From the NCBI GenBank assembly GCA_037129895.1, contig JBAXUB010000004.1, positions 60-64,059 on the forward strand: DNA of 64,000 nucleotides. Direction: 5' to 3'. This stretch comes from Candidatus Tayloriibacteriota bacterium. GTDB taxonomy: Bacteria; Patescibacteriota; Minisyncoccia; Phycocordibacterales; PALSA-1337. Every line of letters begins with the position of its first letter. Positions within the stretch are counted from its first letter, which is position 1. The notes beneath the pieces are model-generated. The model made no database searches. It was given only the letters and a program-made list of their open reading frames with translations, and had not been told where the DNA came from. Shown piece by piece: positions 27,958 to 38,561 of the stretch. A program made the position numbers and the translations under genes.

Positions 27958-28542
27958 ATGTCCCTATCATTCACCAAAGAAGCTTTAAAAAAGTTCAAAA
28001 CTCAAGGGTCACTTTTTCCGAGTACATCGGCGTTGGGTAAGATGATGATAAAGCCGATCGTTATGAAACCCGGCATGATAATAGTAGAGTTTGGTGCAGG
28101 CACAGGATCGATTACCAAGGAATTGATTCCCAGGTTGCGATATGGTGCGACATTTCTCGTTTTTGAAAATAACAAAGTGTTGGCGGAAAAGTTGCGTGAT
28201 GACTTAGTACCATATATAGAAGCCACGAAATCTCATAGTAAGGTCATTTTGATAGAAGATGATGCAGCGAACTTGAGAGCACATCTCGATAGACTCGGTC
28301 TACCTTTGGCAGATTATGTTATTTCTGGATTACCTATAGGGAATTTCAAGAGACACGAACGACAGAAAATATTCGATGCTATAAATGAAGGAATGAAAGA
28401 GGATGGTATCTATGTTCAATTTCAATACCTATTGGCAAGCTTCCTGCATGTTCGTCGAGTATTCGACGCCAAGGTGATAGGCTATGAAGTTAGGAATGTA
28501 CCACCGGCATTCGTCTATGTTTGCAAGAAGAAAGCAGAGTAA
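27958..28542 (+). CDS. Class I SAM methyltransferase (phospholipid N-methyltransferase-like)
   Basis: VEFGAGTG, VISGLP, YVQFQY, NVPPAFVY. Confidence 0.8.
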   Translation: MSLSFTKEALKKFKTQGSLFPSTSALGKMMIKPIVMKPGMIIVEFGAGTGSITKELIPRLRYGATFLVFENNKVLAEKLRDDLVPYIEATKSHSKVILIEDDAANLRAHLDRLGLPLADYVISGLPIGNFKRHERQKIFDAINEGMKEDGIYVQFQYLLASFLHVRRVFDAKVIGYEVRNVPPAFVYVCKKKAE

Positions 28543-28618
28543 CCTAGGTACATTGTTACTGAACATTCGCTAGATTTGAATATTTTGAGAAAGGTCTAGT
28601 TTGGTGTAAAATTAGCCC

Positions 28619-29614
28619 ATGAATACAAATACATATATGAGTCCCAAGGACTTTTTTCTGCACCTGGGTGCAACCGTAGCCTTGTATGCAAGTGCTATCG
28701 CTATTATCAATCTGGCATTTGAGATAATGAATAGACTGCTGCCAGACACACTCTCCAATTATTGGAGTTCTAGTTCTATAGCATGGCCGATATCTATGCT
28801 AGTTGTCCTCGTCCCTATTCTATATACATTGGAAAACCTCATCAACCGAGATATCAGGAAGATTGCCGAGAAAAAAGATATCTGGATCAGGAGATGGAGG
28901 ATATATCTCACATTGTTTCTGTCAGGCGTCACTATCGCCGTTGATGTGATAACTCTGATCAATACATATTTAAATGGTGAGATATCGAGTAGGTTCATCT
29001 GGAAAGTTATCATCATTCTCATAATTTCTGCCGTCATATTTGCTTATTATATTTTGGCAAAAAATGTAGCCGGTGATCCGAGTGTTGAGTCGATAACAGG
29101 TGTAAAATCAAAAAAGCTTTGGCAGAGAATACTGGCAATAGTTGGAATAGTCGTTACTTTATCTGCGATCATCGCTGGCTTCATGATCGTCGGGTCTCCG
29201 AATACTCAAAGATCACTCCGTTTTGACAGTCAGAGAGTCAATGACCTCTCGAATATCCAGTGGCAGATCGTTACATATTGGCAGAGAGCAGGTAATATGC
29301 CAGATAGTCTATATGATCTCCGTGATCCGATCTCAAGTCTACAAATACCTCTAGATCCAGAGACAGGAAAACAATATGAATATGTTTCTATGAACAAGGA
29401 CCCATTGTCATTCGGCTTGTGTGCGACTTTCGATCTCGCTAGCAATTTCAAGAATAATGCTGTAAGCTCTCAAACTCAGCCGATAAAAGCTATGAATAAT
29501 GATGGGCTAGATTATGGCTGGGAACATCCAGCGGGATACTATTGTTTCGAAAAGAAGATCGATCCGAAACTTTACCCACGATCTGGTACAGTAGAAAAGC
29601 TATTTAATATTTAA
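28619..29614 (+). CDS. Membrane protein (DUF5671-like)
   Basis: SPKDFFLHL start, several TM helices, GSP..R..RFD..R..DL pilin-like tail. Confidence 0.65.
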   Translation: MNTNTYMSPKDFFLHLGATVALYASAIAIINLAFEIMNRLLPDTLSNYWSSSSIAWPISMLVVLVPILYTLENLINRDIRKIAEKKDIWIRRWRIYLTLFLSGVTIAVDVITLINTYLNGEISSRFIWKVIIILIISAVIFAYYILAKNVAGDPSVESITGVKSKKLWQRILAIVGIVVTLSAIIAGFMIVGSPNTQRSLRFDSQRVNDLSNIQWQIVTYWQRAGNMPDSLYDLRDPISSLQIPLDPETGKQYEYVSMNKDPLSFGLCATFDLASNFKNNAVSSQTQPIKAMNNDGLDYGWEHPAGYYCFEKKIDPKLYPRSGTVEKLFNI

Positions 29615-29633
29615 TATTCTTTTTATTATATTT

Positions 29634-31049
29634 ATGAATTTAGGCAAAAAAACCAAGATTGTCTGTACCATAGGACCAGCTACCAAATCAGCAGAGAAGC
29701 TCGAACAACTCATGAACGCAGGGATGAATGTGATGCGTCTCAACTTTTCTCACGGTGATTTTCCAGACCACCAAGATCGAGTAGATACTATGAGGAAAAT
29801 AATGCAGGATACAGGTAAGACTGTTGCAATACTCCAAGACCTTTCTGGACCAAAGATCCGTATCGGTAAATTCAAGGACGGCAAGATCACATTGAAGAAA
29901 GATCAGACTTTTACACTGACGACAGATGATTGTATAGGTGATGAGACAAGGGTATTCATCAATTATCCAAATCTACCAAAAGAGGTCAAAGTCGGCGGTA
30001 CGATCATGCTCCAAGATGGGACGAAGAGGTTGGAGATCATAGAAATAAAAGGAAATGACATCATTACTACAGTGAAAGTTGGAGGCACTCTAGGAGATCA
30101 TCGTGGCGTGAATGTTCCAGGAGCTAGTCTCTCGATCAGTTCTCTCACGGAGAAAGATCGTGCTGATCTAGAATTTGGTATAAAGAACAAAGTTGATTAT
30201 GTAGCTCTCTCGTTCGTACGCCGAGCTGATGATATCAAGGAGCTCCGTGCATTGCTCGAGAAGTCAGGATCTCACGCTCACATCATCGCCAAGATAGAAA
30301 CTCCGGAGGCTCTGCATAATATAGACGATATATTGGACGCTTCTGATGGTATCATGGTTGCTCGCGGTGATCTCGCTATCGAGATTCCCGCTGAAGAAGT
30401 TCCGTTGGTGCAGAAGATGATCATCCATAAATGTAACTCTGTAGGTAAGCCAGTTATCACCGCTACTCAGATGTTGGAGTCAATGCTCGAAAGTCCTGTA
30501 CCTACTCGTGCAGAAGTTTCTGATATAGCGAATGCTATCATCGACGGTACTGATGCGATCATGCTTTCAGAGGAAACTACTCTAGGAAAATTCCCAATAG
30601 AAGCGGTAGAGATAATGACTCGTGTAGCGACTAGGGTTGAGAAGGAAGTATATACTCGGGATACTATAGCCGAGTATGATGAATCACACGGCGTGACTGA
30701 CGTTGTATCGCAGTCTGCAGTTCGTATGGCTCATGCGGTCAATGCCAAGCTGATAGTGGCCCTAACACGTTCTGGCCGTACTGCTAGGATGATCGCACGT
30801 TATAGGCCAGCTGAGGCTATCCTGGCTCTTTCTGATGCCAAAGAGAATGCCAATAAGCTCATGCTCACCTTCGGCTGTTTCCCTATGGTCGCGCCAACAT
30901 TCAATTCCGCTGATGAGATCATGGATATCGTCCGTAAGATGACATTGGATAATAAACTAGTGAAAAAAGGGGATAAAGTCATCATTGTTGCTGGTATGCC
31001 TATGGGAGTTTCTAGGGAGACTAACTTTATTGTGGTGGAGACGTTATAG
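29634..31049 (+). CDS. pyk: Pyruvate kinase
   Basis: KTKIVCTIGP, RLNFSHG, DGIMVARGDL, ATQMLESM, PTRAEVSD. Confidence 0.98.
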   Translation: MNLGKKTKIVCTIGPATKSAEKLEQLMNAGMNVMRLNFSHGDFPDHQDRVDTMRKIMQDTGKTVAILQDLSGPKIRIGKFKDGKITLKKDQTFTLTTDDCIGDETRVFINYPNLPKEVKVGGTIMLQDGTKRLEIIEIKGNDIITTVKVGGTLGDHRGVNVPGASLSISSLTEKDRADLEFGIKNKVDYVALSFVRRADDIKELRALLEKSGSHAHIIAKIETPEALHNIDDILDASDGIMVARGDLAIEIPAEEVPLVQKMIIHKCNSVGKPVITATQMLESMLESPVPTRAEVSDIANAIIDGTDAIMLSEETTLGKFPIEAVEIMTRVATRVEKEVYTRDTIAEYDESHGVTDVVSQSAVRMAHAVNAKLIVALTRSGRTARMIARYRPAEAILALSDAKENANKLMLTFGCFPMVAPTFNSADEIMDIVRKMTLDNKLVKKGDKVIIVAGMPMGVSRETNFIVVETL

Positions 31050-31174
31050 GAATCAAACGGTTGACAAACGGTTCTGAAGGAGTATTATTACAGCATACCT
31101 TCTGTTGCTTCGGTGGCAGAACGCGAAATCGCAACCCTGTGTTGCGATTTCTGCATAAGGGAATATACATTGTA

Positions 31175-31825
31175 ATGAAGTTATATATTTATATAGATGG
31201 TTTTAATTTATATTACGGATGTCTCAAAGACAGTCCTTTCCTTTGGTTGGATGTAAATAAAATGTCTCAACTACTGTTTCCTAATGATGTAATAGTTAGA
31301 GTTAAATACTTTACTGCTCCAATAAAGGTGAGAAAAGATGATGATCCAGATAAGCCCAGCCGTCAACAGATATACCTTCGAGCACTTCGGACTATTACGA
31401 ATCTGGAGATTATTGAGGGTACTTTTTTGAGTCATAAAGTTTCCATGAAGTTGGCCAACAAAGATGGTTATGCTCTGGTTATTAAAAGTGAGGAAAAGGG
31501 CACTGATGTTAATATTGCGTCACATCTGATCAATGATGCACATAATAGACGCTTCGAAAAAGCAGTAGTTGTATCGAATGATTCCGACCTCGTGACACCA
31601 GTACGTATGGTTACTAAAGATTTGAACTTACTAGTTACGGTAATTAGTCCTTTTGATAAGAATAATATTCAACTGCAGGCTGTGGCTACTAGTGTTAAGC
31701 AGATACGCAAAGGCCTTCTTCGTGTAAGTCAATTTAGTGAAAAGCTAGTCGATTCAACAGGTGAATTTTCAATACCCGAAAGCTGGAAGGATGCAGGTCT
31801 GACGTCAGTATCTGGAGCTAATTAG
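31175..31825 (+). CDS. NYN/LabA (PIN-like) domain protein
   Basis: YIDGFNLYY, EEKGTDVNIA, VSNDSDL; ATG at 31175. Confidence 0.85.
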   Translation: MKLYIYIDGFNLYYGCLKDSPFLWLDVNKMSQLLFPNDVIVRVKYFTAPIKVRKDDDPDKPSRQQIYLRALRTITNLEIIEGTFLSHKVSMKLANKDGYALVIKSEEKGTDVNIASHLINDAHNRRFEKAVVVSNDSDLVTPVRMVTKDLNLLVTVISPFDKNNIQLQAVATSVKQIRKGLLRVSQFSEKLVDSTGEFSIPESWKDAGLTSVSGAN

Positions 31826-31890
31826 CAATAGAATGTTTGGACGTATTCAAAAGAATTCGCAAAATTTGTATTTTGGTATATACTTCATAT

Positions 31891-32625
31891 ATGCAAAAAT
31901 CTGCATACAAAATATTGGACAATGCGATGTTCCTGGATCGCTCCTTTAGTCGTGACTATATACTCACGATTCATGATCTGCCGAGTGAAGAAAAGCCTCG
32001 CCAGAAACTCATGAGCCAAGGACCACAGTCACTCACTATGCGTGAGTTATTGGCTGTAGCCTTGAATACTGGTTCTACGAAGGAGGATGTTATCGAGATG
32101 TCCAATAGGATCATGAAAGAATATGGGGAAAAGACCATATTATCGGAAACTGATCCAGAGCATTTATCTAGTGATCTAGATATTCCTATAGGCAAGGCAT
32201 GTATTATCGTTGCTGTAGGTGAGATCGTTCGCCGCCAGACTGACAAGAGTCAAGCGGGGTTTGTGAACATCCGTAATGCTCAAGATGTATTCGATTATTT
32301 GCAAGATATGAGGAACCTGCCAAAAGAACATCTACGAGGATTGTTTCTAAACAGTCACAGTAGGATCATCAGAGATGAGGTTATATCAATAGGTACAGTC
32401 AATTCGAATATCATTCACCCACGTGAAGTTTTCCGAGCTGGAATCGAGTGTAATGCAGCAGCTGTTGTTCTCGCACACAATCATCCTTCTGGGGAGGTTA
32501 CTCCGAGTTCAGAGGATATAGAGATCACCAATCAATTGGTGCAGGCCGGGAAAATATTGGGCATCACAGTCCTCGATCACGTCATCATTACGAAGGATAA
32601 ATTCATAAGTATTATTAACAACTGA
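31891..32625 (+). CDS. radC: RadC/JAB domain protein
   Basis: EKPRQKL, HPREVF, AHNHPSG..PS.ED, LDHVII. Confidence 0.9.
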   Translation: MQKSAYKILDNAMFLDRSFSRDYILTIHDLPSEEKPRQKLMSQGPQSLTMRELLAVALNTGSTKEDVIEMSNRIMKEYGEKTILSETDPEHLSSDLDIPIGKACIIVAVGEIVRRQTDKSQAGFVNIRNAQDVFDYLQDMRNLPKEHLRGLFLNSHSRIIRDEVISIGTVNSNIIHPREVFRAGIECNAAAVVLAHNHPSGEVTPSSEDIEITNQLVQAGKILGITVLDHVIITKDKFISIINN

Positions 32626-32663
32626 AAAATTGAATAGTCAAAGATAGGGATTGAATCATAATT

Positions 32664-33113
32664 TTGAGTCGATCTATTGATTATCAATTATTCATATCTA
32701 TTATGCGTGATTATCAAATAGCGTCTCCTTCACTCGAGGGTGTTTTGAACCATGATTCATTGTTGTATGAGGGTATAAAAAGACCATTGGAGATATTGAG
32801 GATCTTGGACGGACCAGCTTCAAAAGGTAGGGAATCAGATGCAAAGGGCAAAAAGACCGCGGTCTCAGGTAGTGGAAAATCAACGGAGCTAGTTGTAAGC
32901 CAGGTACCAAAAATGAAAATTGGTAGTAACTCCGAGTTAACAGAATCAGAATTCAAGATTTTACAAGAATATTTCTACGATCTATATGGCGTCTTCATGA
33001 AGAAGTTGTCATATTTCTTGGTTGAATCTAGCTTTGAAAGTGACGATAGTGTCAAACTTCAGGCCATGTTGCAGGAGATGATAAAGGTCAGGAGGTGGGT
33101 GATAGGGAAGTAG
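32664..33113 (+). CDS. Hypothetical protein
   Basis: ORF filling the gap between radC and the toxin gene; start uncertain. Confidence 0.45.
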   Translation: MSRSIDYQLFISIMRDYQIASPSLEGVLNHDSLLYEGIKRPLEILRILDGPASKGRESDAKGKKTAVSGSGKSTELVVSQVPKMKIGSNSELTESEFKILQEYFYDLYGVFMKKLSYFLVESSFESDDSVKLQAMLQEMIKVRRWVIGK

Positions 33114-33120
33114 TATTCTG

Positions 33121-33438
33121 ATGGAAATTGTTTATTGGAGTGAAAAAGTGAGAAACTTTAAAAATAATTTTGACCGAATTACCACGTCTCGTGTTATCAG
33201 AACTGTAAATTTACTGGAGGAGCATGGGCCATTGTTAGATATGCCTGATTCAAAAAGTCTCGGTAAAGGACTATTTGAATTACGTATACAAGGTAAGATC
33301 AGGATAAGGCTTCTGTATATTTATCATAATAATAGAGCATATATTATTCATGGTTTTGTAAAGAAAACATGGAAAATACCTATTCAGGATATTCGTTATG
33401 CTAGAAAGATCCAAGACATAATTATTGGAATTGATTAA
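33121..33438 (+). CDS. RelE/HigB-like (Gp49-type) toxin
   Basis: GLFELRI..RLLY..IIHGFVKKT; toxin-first gene order. Confidence 0.85.
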   Translation: MEIVYWSEKVRNFKNNFDRITTSRVIRTVNLLEEHGPLLDMPDSKSLGKGLFELRIQGKIRIRLLYIYHNNRAYIIHGFVKKTWKIPIQDIRYARKIQDIIIGID

Positions 33439-33467
33439 TATAACATATATGTTATATTGGTAATATT

Positions 33468-33734
33468 ATGAAAACACACAAACAAGATGTCAAAGAGTTC
33501 TTAAAAGACCCTGAAAATATAAGGGCATATGAAAGTCTAGATGTTGAGTTTATGATATATAGCGCCTTAGTAAGGGAACGTATCCAGAAGAAACTTACTC
33601 AAAAGCAGTTAGCTGACAGAATTGGAATTGCACAATCTGCACTCGCGAGATTTGAATCAGGTCGTACGAATCCGACCCTCTCATTTCTTCAGAAAATTAC
33701 TTCTGGTCTGGGATTAAGAATAACAATAGTCTGA
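33468..33734 (+). CDS. HigA-like XRE HTH antitoxin
   Basis: LTQKQLADRIGIAQSALARFESGRTNPTL. Confidence 0.88.
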   Translation: MKTHKQDVKEFLKDPENIRAYESLDVEFMIYSALVRERIQKKLTQKQLADRIGIAQSALARFESGRTNPTLSFLQKITSGLGLRITIV

Positions 33735-33782
33735 GGAATTCTCTTTGCAGGGATTGGTTTTTCGCTGTAAACTGTAGTTATC

Positions 33783-35102
33783 ATGGCTTCTAGAGAATAT
33801 TTCAATGGTAAGAGGGTGGCCGTTATCGGTCTTGGCCCCTTTGGTGAAATGGTTGAAGATGTAAAGTATCTCATCAAGGCTGGCGCCTTGGTCGCGATAT
33901 ACGATCTCCGTAGTGAGGCGAGACTGAAGAGTTACCTGGTATTCTTGCGTTCTATAGGGTTAGCGAACTATGTTTGTGGATCTATTCCAGTAGATGATTT
34001 ACTCGATATGGATATCGTCATCTTATCTCATGAATATCCGAGGAATTCATCTTTCTTGGCTGGTGTAAAATCAAAAAAAATTCCGATCGAATATCCGGAG
34101 ACTATCTTTTTCAGGCAAGCTCCACCGGTCAATGTTGTTGGAGTTATGGGAATGTGTGGTAAATCTACAGTAGTCTCGATGTTGGCTCCTATGCTGGAAC
34201 ATGCTTGTGCTCTATTCGGTGATCAAAAGCTGTTCTGTATCGACCCAGAGTCTGGTGAAGGAGTGATATCTCATCTAAAGAAGATAAAAAGTGGTGACAT
34301 CGTACTGATGCGAGTGACTGAGGATATGGCTGTTGAACTGCATGCTATGCGTATGAGTCCGCATGTGGCGATATTCACAACTCTGCCAAACAAGGGAACG
34401 TACTCTGATGCGGCTTTCGAACTACTCGAATATCAGACGTATAACAATTTTATCGTTAGTAATGATGCTGTCATAGATCTCATCCATGCTCTCAAGATAC
34501 AGCCAAAAGCCAAAATGCTCCGAACAAAGTCCAATGTCGTTCCTGAATCATGGGGATTTGAAGGTAGGGGCTCGCATGATAAGGACAATGCGTCTCTAGC
34601 TCTGCAAGCAGCTCGTTTGTTCAAAGTTGAAGATGATGATGCACAGAGGTTCCTATCCTTATGGAAACCTCTAAAAGGTCGCATCGAATTTGTAAAGAAA
34701 GTAAAGAATGTGGAGTTCTATAATGATACAGCTTCTGTTGTGTCGTGTTCCACGGAGATCGCTCTGGAATCGTTATCAAAAAACAGAAATATTGTATTGG
34801 TCTTGGGTGGTGCTGAAAGCGCATGTGATTATACGCATCTATTTTCAATATTGCCACAGTTTGTCCATTCAATAATCCTCGTTCCTGGTAGTGGAACGAT
34901 GAAAGAGAGGGCATACTTGCGTGATTTGAAAGACGTCAATATCGTCTCTGCACCTTCTATCGAAGAAGCGGCGACTCTAGCTTTGGAAAATTCAAAGAAA
35001 GGTGACAAGGTCCTCTTTAGTCCAGGTTTTGAAGCCTATGGTATCGATGGGTCCAGAAGAGAGAGAGGTGAGAGATTCGTCAAGGCTGTCCGAGGGTTGT
35101 AG
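33783..35102 (+). CDS. MurD-like Mur ligase (divergent)
   Basis: Altered P-loop GMCGKST, GRIEFV, FYNDT, VLFSPG, RGERF. Confidence 0.7.
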   Translation: MASREYFNGKRVAVIGLGPFGEMVEDVKYLIKAGALVAIYDLRSEARLKSYLVFLRSIGLANYVCGSIPVDDLLDMDIVILSHEYPRNSSFLAGVKSKKIPIEYPETIFFRQAPPVNVVGVMGMCGKSTVVSMLAPMLEHACALFGDQKLFCIDPESGEGVISHLKKIKSGDIVLMRVTEDMAVELHAMRMSPHVAIFTTLPNKGTYSDAAFELLEYQTYNNFIVSNDAVIDLIHALKIQPKAKMLRTKSNVVPESWGFEGRGSHDKDNASLALQAARLFKVEDDDAQRFLSLWKPLKGRIEFVKKVKNVEFYNDTASVVSCSTEIALESLSKNRNIVLVLGGAESACDYTHLFSILPQFVHSIILVPGSGTMKERAYLRDLKDVNIVSAPSIEEAATLALENSKKGDKVLFSPGFEAYGIDGSRRERGERFVKAVRGL

Positions 35103-35121
35103 GTTAGGTATTTTGCTATCT

Positions 35122-35238
35122 ACTGTACGTGCTGGAAATGGAATATAGGGGCACGGATATTTTTCTGCTGAAAAATTCCTCGTGCTCGCGCCAGTCGCGC
35201 TCGCAAGTCCCCTATATTCCATTTTCAGCACGTACAGT
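35122..35238 (+). repeat. 65-nt structured core, copy B, inside 26-bp inverted arms
   Basis: Core 35148-35212; arms 35122-35147 and 35213-35238 pair with one G-T. Confidence 0.88.
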
Positions 35239-35254
35239 TCTCAGAGATAAACAC

Positions 35255-36118
35255 TCAATCTCCGCAGATAATACAAACAACTTCGCCACCAATTTCCCAA
35301 CCTCTGTAGATAGATTGCATGGCGCCAACAACTGATAGGGCACTATTCGTGGAAATGTCTAGCCCTGTATTATCTTTGACCAGATCTATGGCAGTCTCGA
35401 TTTCTTCGTTCGTGGCAACCCAAGCGTTGCCGCCAGTTTTCTCGATCATTGGTACTAGTGTATTTTTGCGCATGGCAGTGCGATCAACTATTGCGTCAGC
35501 TATAGAATCGTCATTTTCACCATCATAAGTTTCAATACCATCAGCGATAGGGTGACAACTAGATGTCTGAACGATATGGACCTGAATAGGTAGTCTATTT
35601 GCTATGAAATATGAGGCCAAAGCTTGAGCCGTTGTGCCTGATGATGTGCCTATAAATATAGCCCCAACACCCTCTATTTGGCTCAATTCTCGCGCTAGAG
35701 ACTCGTAACCTACGAGTGCTTCATCATCCGTTGATTGGCGTAGACTAGTGGCTCCTTCTTGGGCTGCCAGTGTTGCTGCTTGCAGGGGTCTTTCCTTGAT
35801 CAAGACACGGATGTTGTCATTTTCAAAGGCTTTGAGTTTGTCGAGTTTATGCGGTGCTATGTGATTACCTACGAATATATCCAGATTGTATGACGGATCG
35901 TTCAGAAATTTGATATGCATGGCCGCAGCTAGTGCTGCATTACCAGAAGAAGATATGACAAATTCCTTTGCACCAGTACTCATATAGTGATCGATCATTA
36001 CAGGAATAGAACGGCCTTTATGAGATCCGTATGGATGTAAGTCCTCACGCTTGAGAGATAGGCTGGTTAGGCCTATTACTTTTGCGAGTTCGGGGTATTT
36101 CTCTATTGGTGTTATCAT
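35255..36118 (-). CDS. Fold-type II PLP enzyme (threonine synthase/dehydratase family)
   Basis: LKREDLHPYGSHKGR, SSSGNAA, GTSSGTT. Confidence 0.8.
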   Translation of the reverse strand: MITPIEKYPELAKVIGLTSLSLKREDLHPYGSHKGRSIPVMIDHYMSTGAKEFVISSSGNAALAAAMHIKFLNDPSYNLDIFVGNHIAPHKLDKLKAFENDNIRVLIKERPLQAATLAAQEGATSLRQSTDDEALVGYESLARELSQIEGVGAIFIGTSSGTTAQALASYFIANRLPIQVHIVQTSSCHPIADGIETYDGENDDSIADAIVDRTAMRKNTLVPMIEKTGGNAWVATNEEIETAIDLVKDNTGLDISTNSALSVVGAMQSIYRGWEIGGEVVCIICGD

Positions 36119-36213
36119 ATTGGTTACCTTGTAATCCTACACTTTTTCCATTATTATTGGAAGAACGCTCGATCGGGCGAATATCAATAATGTTTCAACA
36201 AAATTTTAAAGCC

Positions 36214-36387
36214 ATGAATACTCTACTCATTTGTCCAGAATGTAAAAATTCAGTAGACCTCGCTCGTTATCCGAACGTTGCACCGGGTATGGTTATTGAG
36301 TGCAATCATTGTGGTATGACTTTGCTTGTAAAAGAGATCGAATCTACTGGTAATGTCAAAACTGATATTGTTGATGAAGGTAAATAG
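36214..36387 (+). CDS. LysW-like zinc-ribbon small protein
   Basis: CPEC..(20)..CNHCG..L.V pattern; C-terminus is DEGK rather than EDWGE. Confidence 0.6.
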   Translation: MNTLLICPECKNSVDLARYPNVAPGMVIECNHCGMTLLVKEIESTGNVKTDIVDEGK

Positions 36388-36432
36388 AAGTTGGATCAGT
36401 TTCGTCAACTTTCTATTAATATTCTGATTATA

Positions 36433-37878
36433 TTAAATTATCGTTATATTTTTTATTGTCTCTTCAATCATTCCTCTGAATCCATGTGATCCCAAAAAGG
36501 CGATCACGTCTCCCTTTTTTGCAATCGATAATATATACGAGACTAGTTTTTCATCGTCATCTATATGAATAGTGTTTTTCTGTGTCTTTCCGATTATCTC
36601 AGCTAATTCCTGACCTTCGATTGGTACGTTTGGATCATCCGTAGCAACTTTGAGCTTCGTCAGTCGTGGGATGATGACAGTATCGGCATCTCTGAAAGCA
36701 TTGTCATATTTGTGAGCTGACTGACGTTCTCTGCCACCACTGTTCGGCTCGAATATTACGATAACTTTGCCACCTTTACTCTCACTACTAGAACTTCCAT
36801 AAATGTCTTTGAGTGTTGATAATACAGATGAGGCCTTTTCTGGGGAGTGTGCGATGTCATCGATGACCGATATACCTTTCGTAGATTTGGATCCATCAAG
36901 CCTCTTTTCCATGCGTCTTTTCAAGCCATTAAATTCTGAGATGGCTCGTATGACCGTTTCTGCATCTATGCCAATAGATATAGCCATTGCGAAACATCCT
37001 GTTATGTTCTCGGCTTGATATGATCCGAGCATCGGTGATTGTAATCTGTAATGTTTGTTATCGTGAGTGATTTTGAAATCAAGCCCCAACTGAGATTGGA
37101 TAACGTCAGAGTATATAAAGTCTGCAGTATTCTGTGTTCCGTATGTAATTATTTTCCCAGTGAAGTTTTCTATAATCTTGTTTATTCCAGGCTGATCGCA
37201 TCTCGTTACCAATCGTCCGTTCTCGGGTACTTCTCGAAGCAATTTCCTGAAGGCTTCAAAGTAGCTCTCTTCTGTAGGGTATAGATCAGCATGATCCCAG
37301 GATACAGCCGAAAGTAATAGATGGGTAGGTTTGTAATGGAAAAACTTGGCACGATCATCTGTTGGTGAACTCTTGTATTCATCTCCTTCAAATACATTCC
37401 ATGGAGAGTCGGTAACCATCGCCGAAGACTCATGTGATAGAGAAACACCGCCAAACATATAGCTGGGGTTTAATTGGGCTTTTTCCAAGATAAATGAAAG
37501 TAATGCTGAAGAAGATGTTTTACCCCATGTACCTGAACAAACTATAGAATTGTCCCTGACAAAATATTTTCCTAGAATTTCTGGATATGAAAGCATAGGG
37601 ATGCCATGTTCCTTTGCGTATATCGTTTCAGGGTTCTGACTTCCAGATGCAGCACCGATCATGACAACGTCCGGAATGCCGCCCTCAATCATCTTTTCTG
37701 GGTGCCAACCAGCATAGTAGGGGATATTGTGCTTTTCTAGTTCAGTAGAGACTGGTGGAAAAAAACCTTTGTCACTACCTGTTACATCGGCGCCAGCATT
37801 TTTCAGTGCTATAGCTATAGCACTTGTTGCGACACCGCAAATACCGATTACGTGGATTTTTCTTGGTAAATTAATCAT
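36433..37878 (-). CDS. MurC/Mpl-family Mur ligase
   Basis: IHVIGICG, GSD, SGTWGKTS, EGDEY, DHAD, KRRME, DDIAHSP. Confidence 0.85.
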   Translation of the reverse strand: MINLPRKIHVIGICGVATSAIAIALKNAGADVTGSDKGFFPPVSTELEKHNIPYYAGWHPEKMIEGGIPDVVMIGAASGSQNPETIYAKEHGIPMLSYPEILGKYFVRDNSIVCSGTWGKTSSSALLSFILEKAQLNPSYMFGGVSLSHESSAMVTDSPWNVFEGDEYKSSPTDDRAKFFHYKPTHLLLSAVSWDHADLYPTEESYFEAFRKLLREVPENGRLVTRCDQPGINKIIENFTGKIITYGTQNTADFIYSDVIQSQLGLDFKITHDNKHYRLQSPMLGSYQAENITGCFAMAISIGIDAETVIRAISEFNGLKRRMEKRLDGSKSTKGISVIDDIAHSPEKASSVLSTLKDIYGSSSSESKGGKVIVIFEPNSGGRERQSAHKYDNAFRDADTVIIPRLTKLKVATDDPNVPIEGQELAEIIGKTQKNTIHIDDDEKLVSYILSIAKKGDVIAFLGSHGFRGMIEETIKNITII

Positions 37879-38552
37879 TATTTTGTTATAAGAACCTTCT
37901 TTGCTTCTTCTAGATCTGTACTCCAGATTTTACCATCGAACCATTCGAGACCTTCGAACTGAAGTTTGTATGTGTCTGATGGACGTTGGAGGGAACCTAG
38001 ATATATGTATTTCAAATTTAGAGATTTTGCATATTCTATAGCACGAATCATCATTCCGAGACCCATATCTTTCGGTGCCAATGTGAGGTCATAGAATGGA
38101 TATGAATAATGTAATAGTGAAGATGTCTGATTGCAAATGACGAAACCAATATCTGTCGAGGTATTTGTTGAAGAAGATAGAGAATACGTCAGTAATGTAT
38201 TGAAATTGCTTTTTGCATTGTCGGATAGCATTTCTTTTACCTTTTGAGCACTCATCACACCTGTTTCGAATTTGGTATCATAGAAATCTTTGGCCAGTTT
38301 GCCGATACTGAAGTTATAATCCTGAAGAGGCAAGTTTCCAACTTTCGGTCCAGATATTTCCGAGGTCTTTTTCAGAATGCGCCTGTTCTCGCTAGTTAGG
38401 TTGAATTTCGATAGATCGATCCTAACTGATCTCGTCTGTTGCATCGCTCCTCTAGCTATACGCGTAAATACATAGCCATTCTCATACATGTTGGCTATAT
38501 TATCTTCGGAAAAATCGTTTAATATTTTTTCATTCCAATTGAGGTATTTCAT
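37878..38552 (-). CDS. Aminoacyl-tRNA-protein transferase-like GNAT (ATE/Bpt-like)
   Basis: SVRIDL..F, YPFYD..LG..MI..I..AK....YIYLG...YK pattern. Confidence 0.65.
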   Translation of the reverse strand: MKYLNWNEKILNDFSEDNIANMYENGYVFTRIARGAMQQTRSVRIDLSKFNLTSENRRILKKTSEISGPKVGNLPLQDYNFSIGKLAKDFYDTKFETGVMSAQKVKEMLSDNAKSNFNTLLTYSLSSSTNTSTDIGFVICNQTSSLLHYSYPFYDLTLAPKDMGLGMMIRAIEYAKSLNLKYIYLGSLQRPSDTYKLQFEGLEWFDGKIWSTDLEEAKKVLITK

Positions 38553-38561
38553 ACTTGATTC

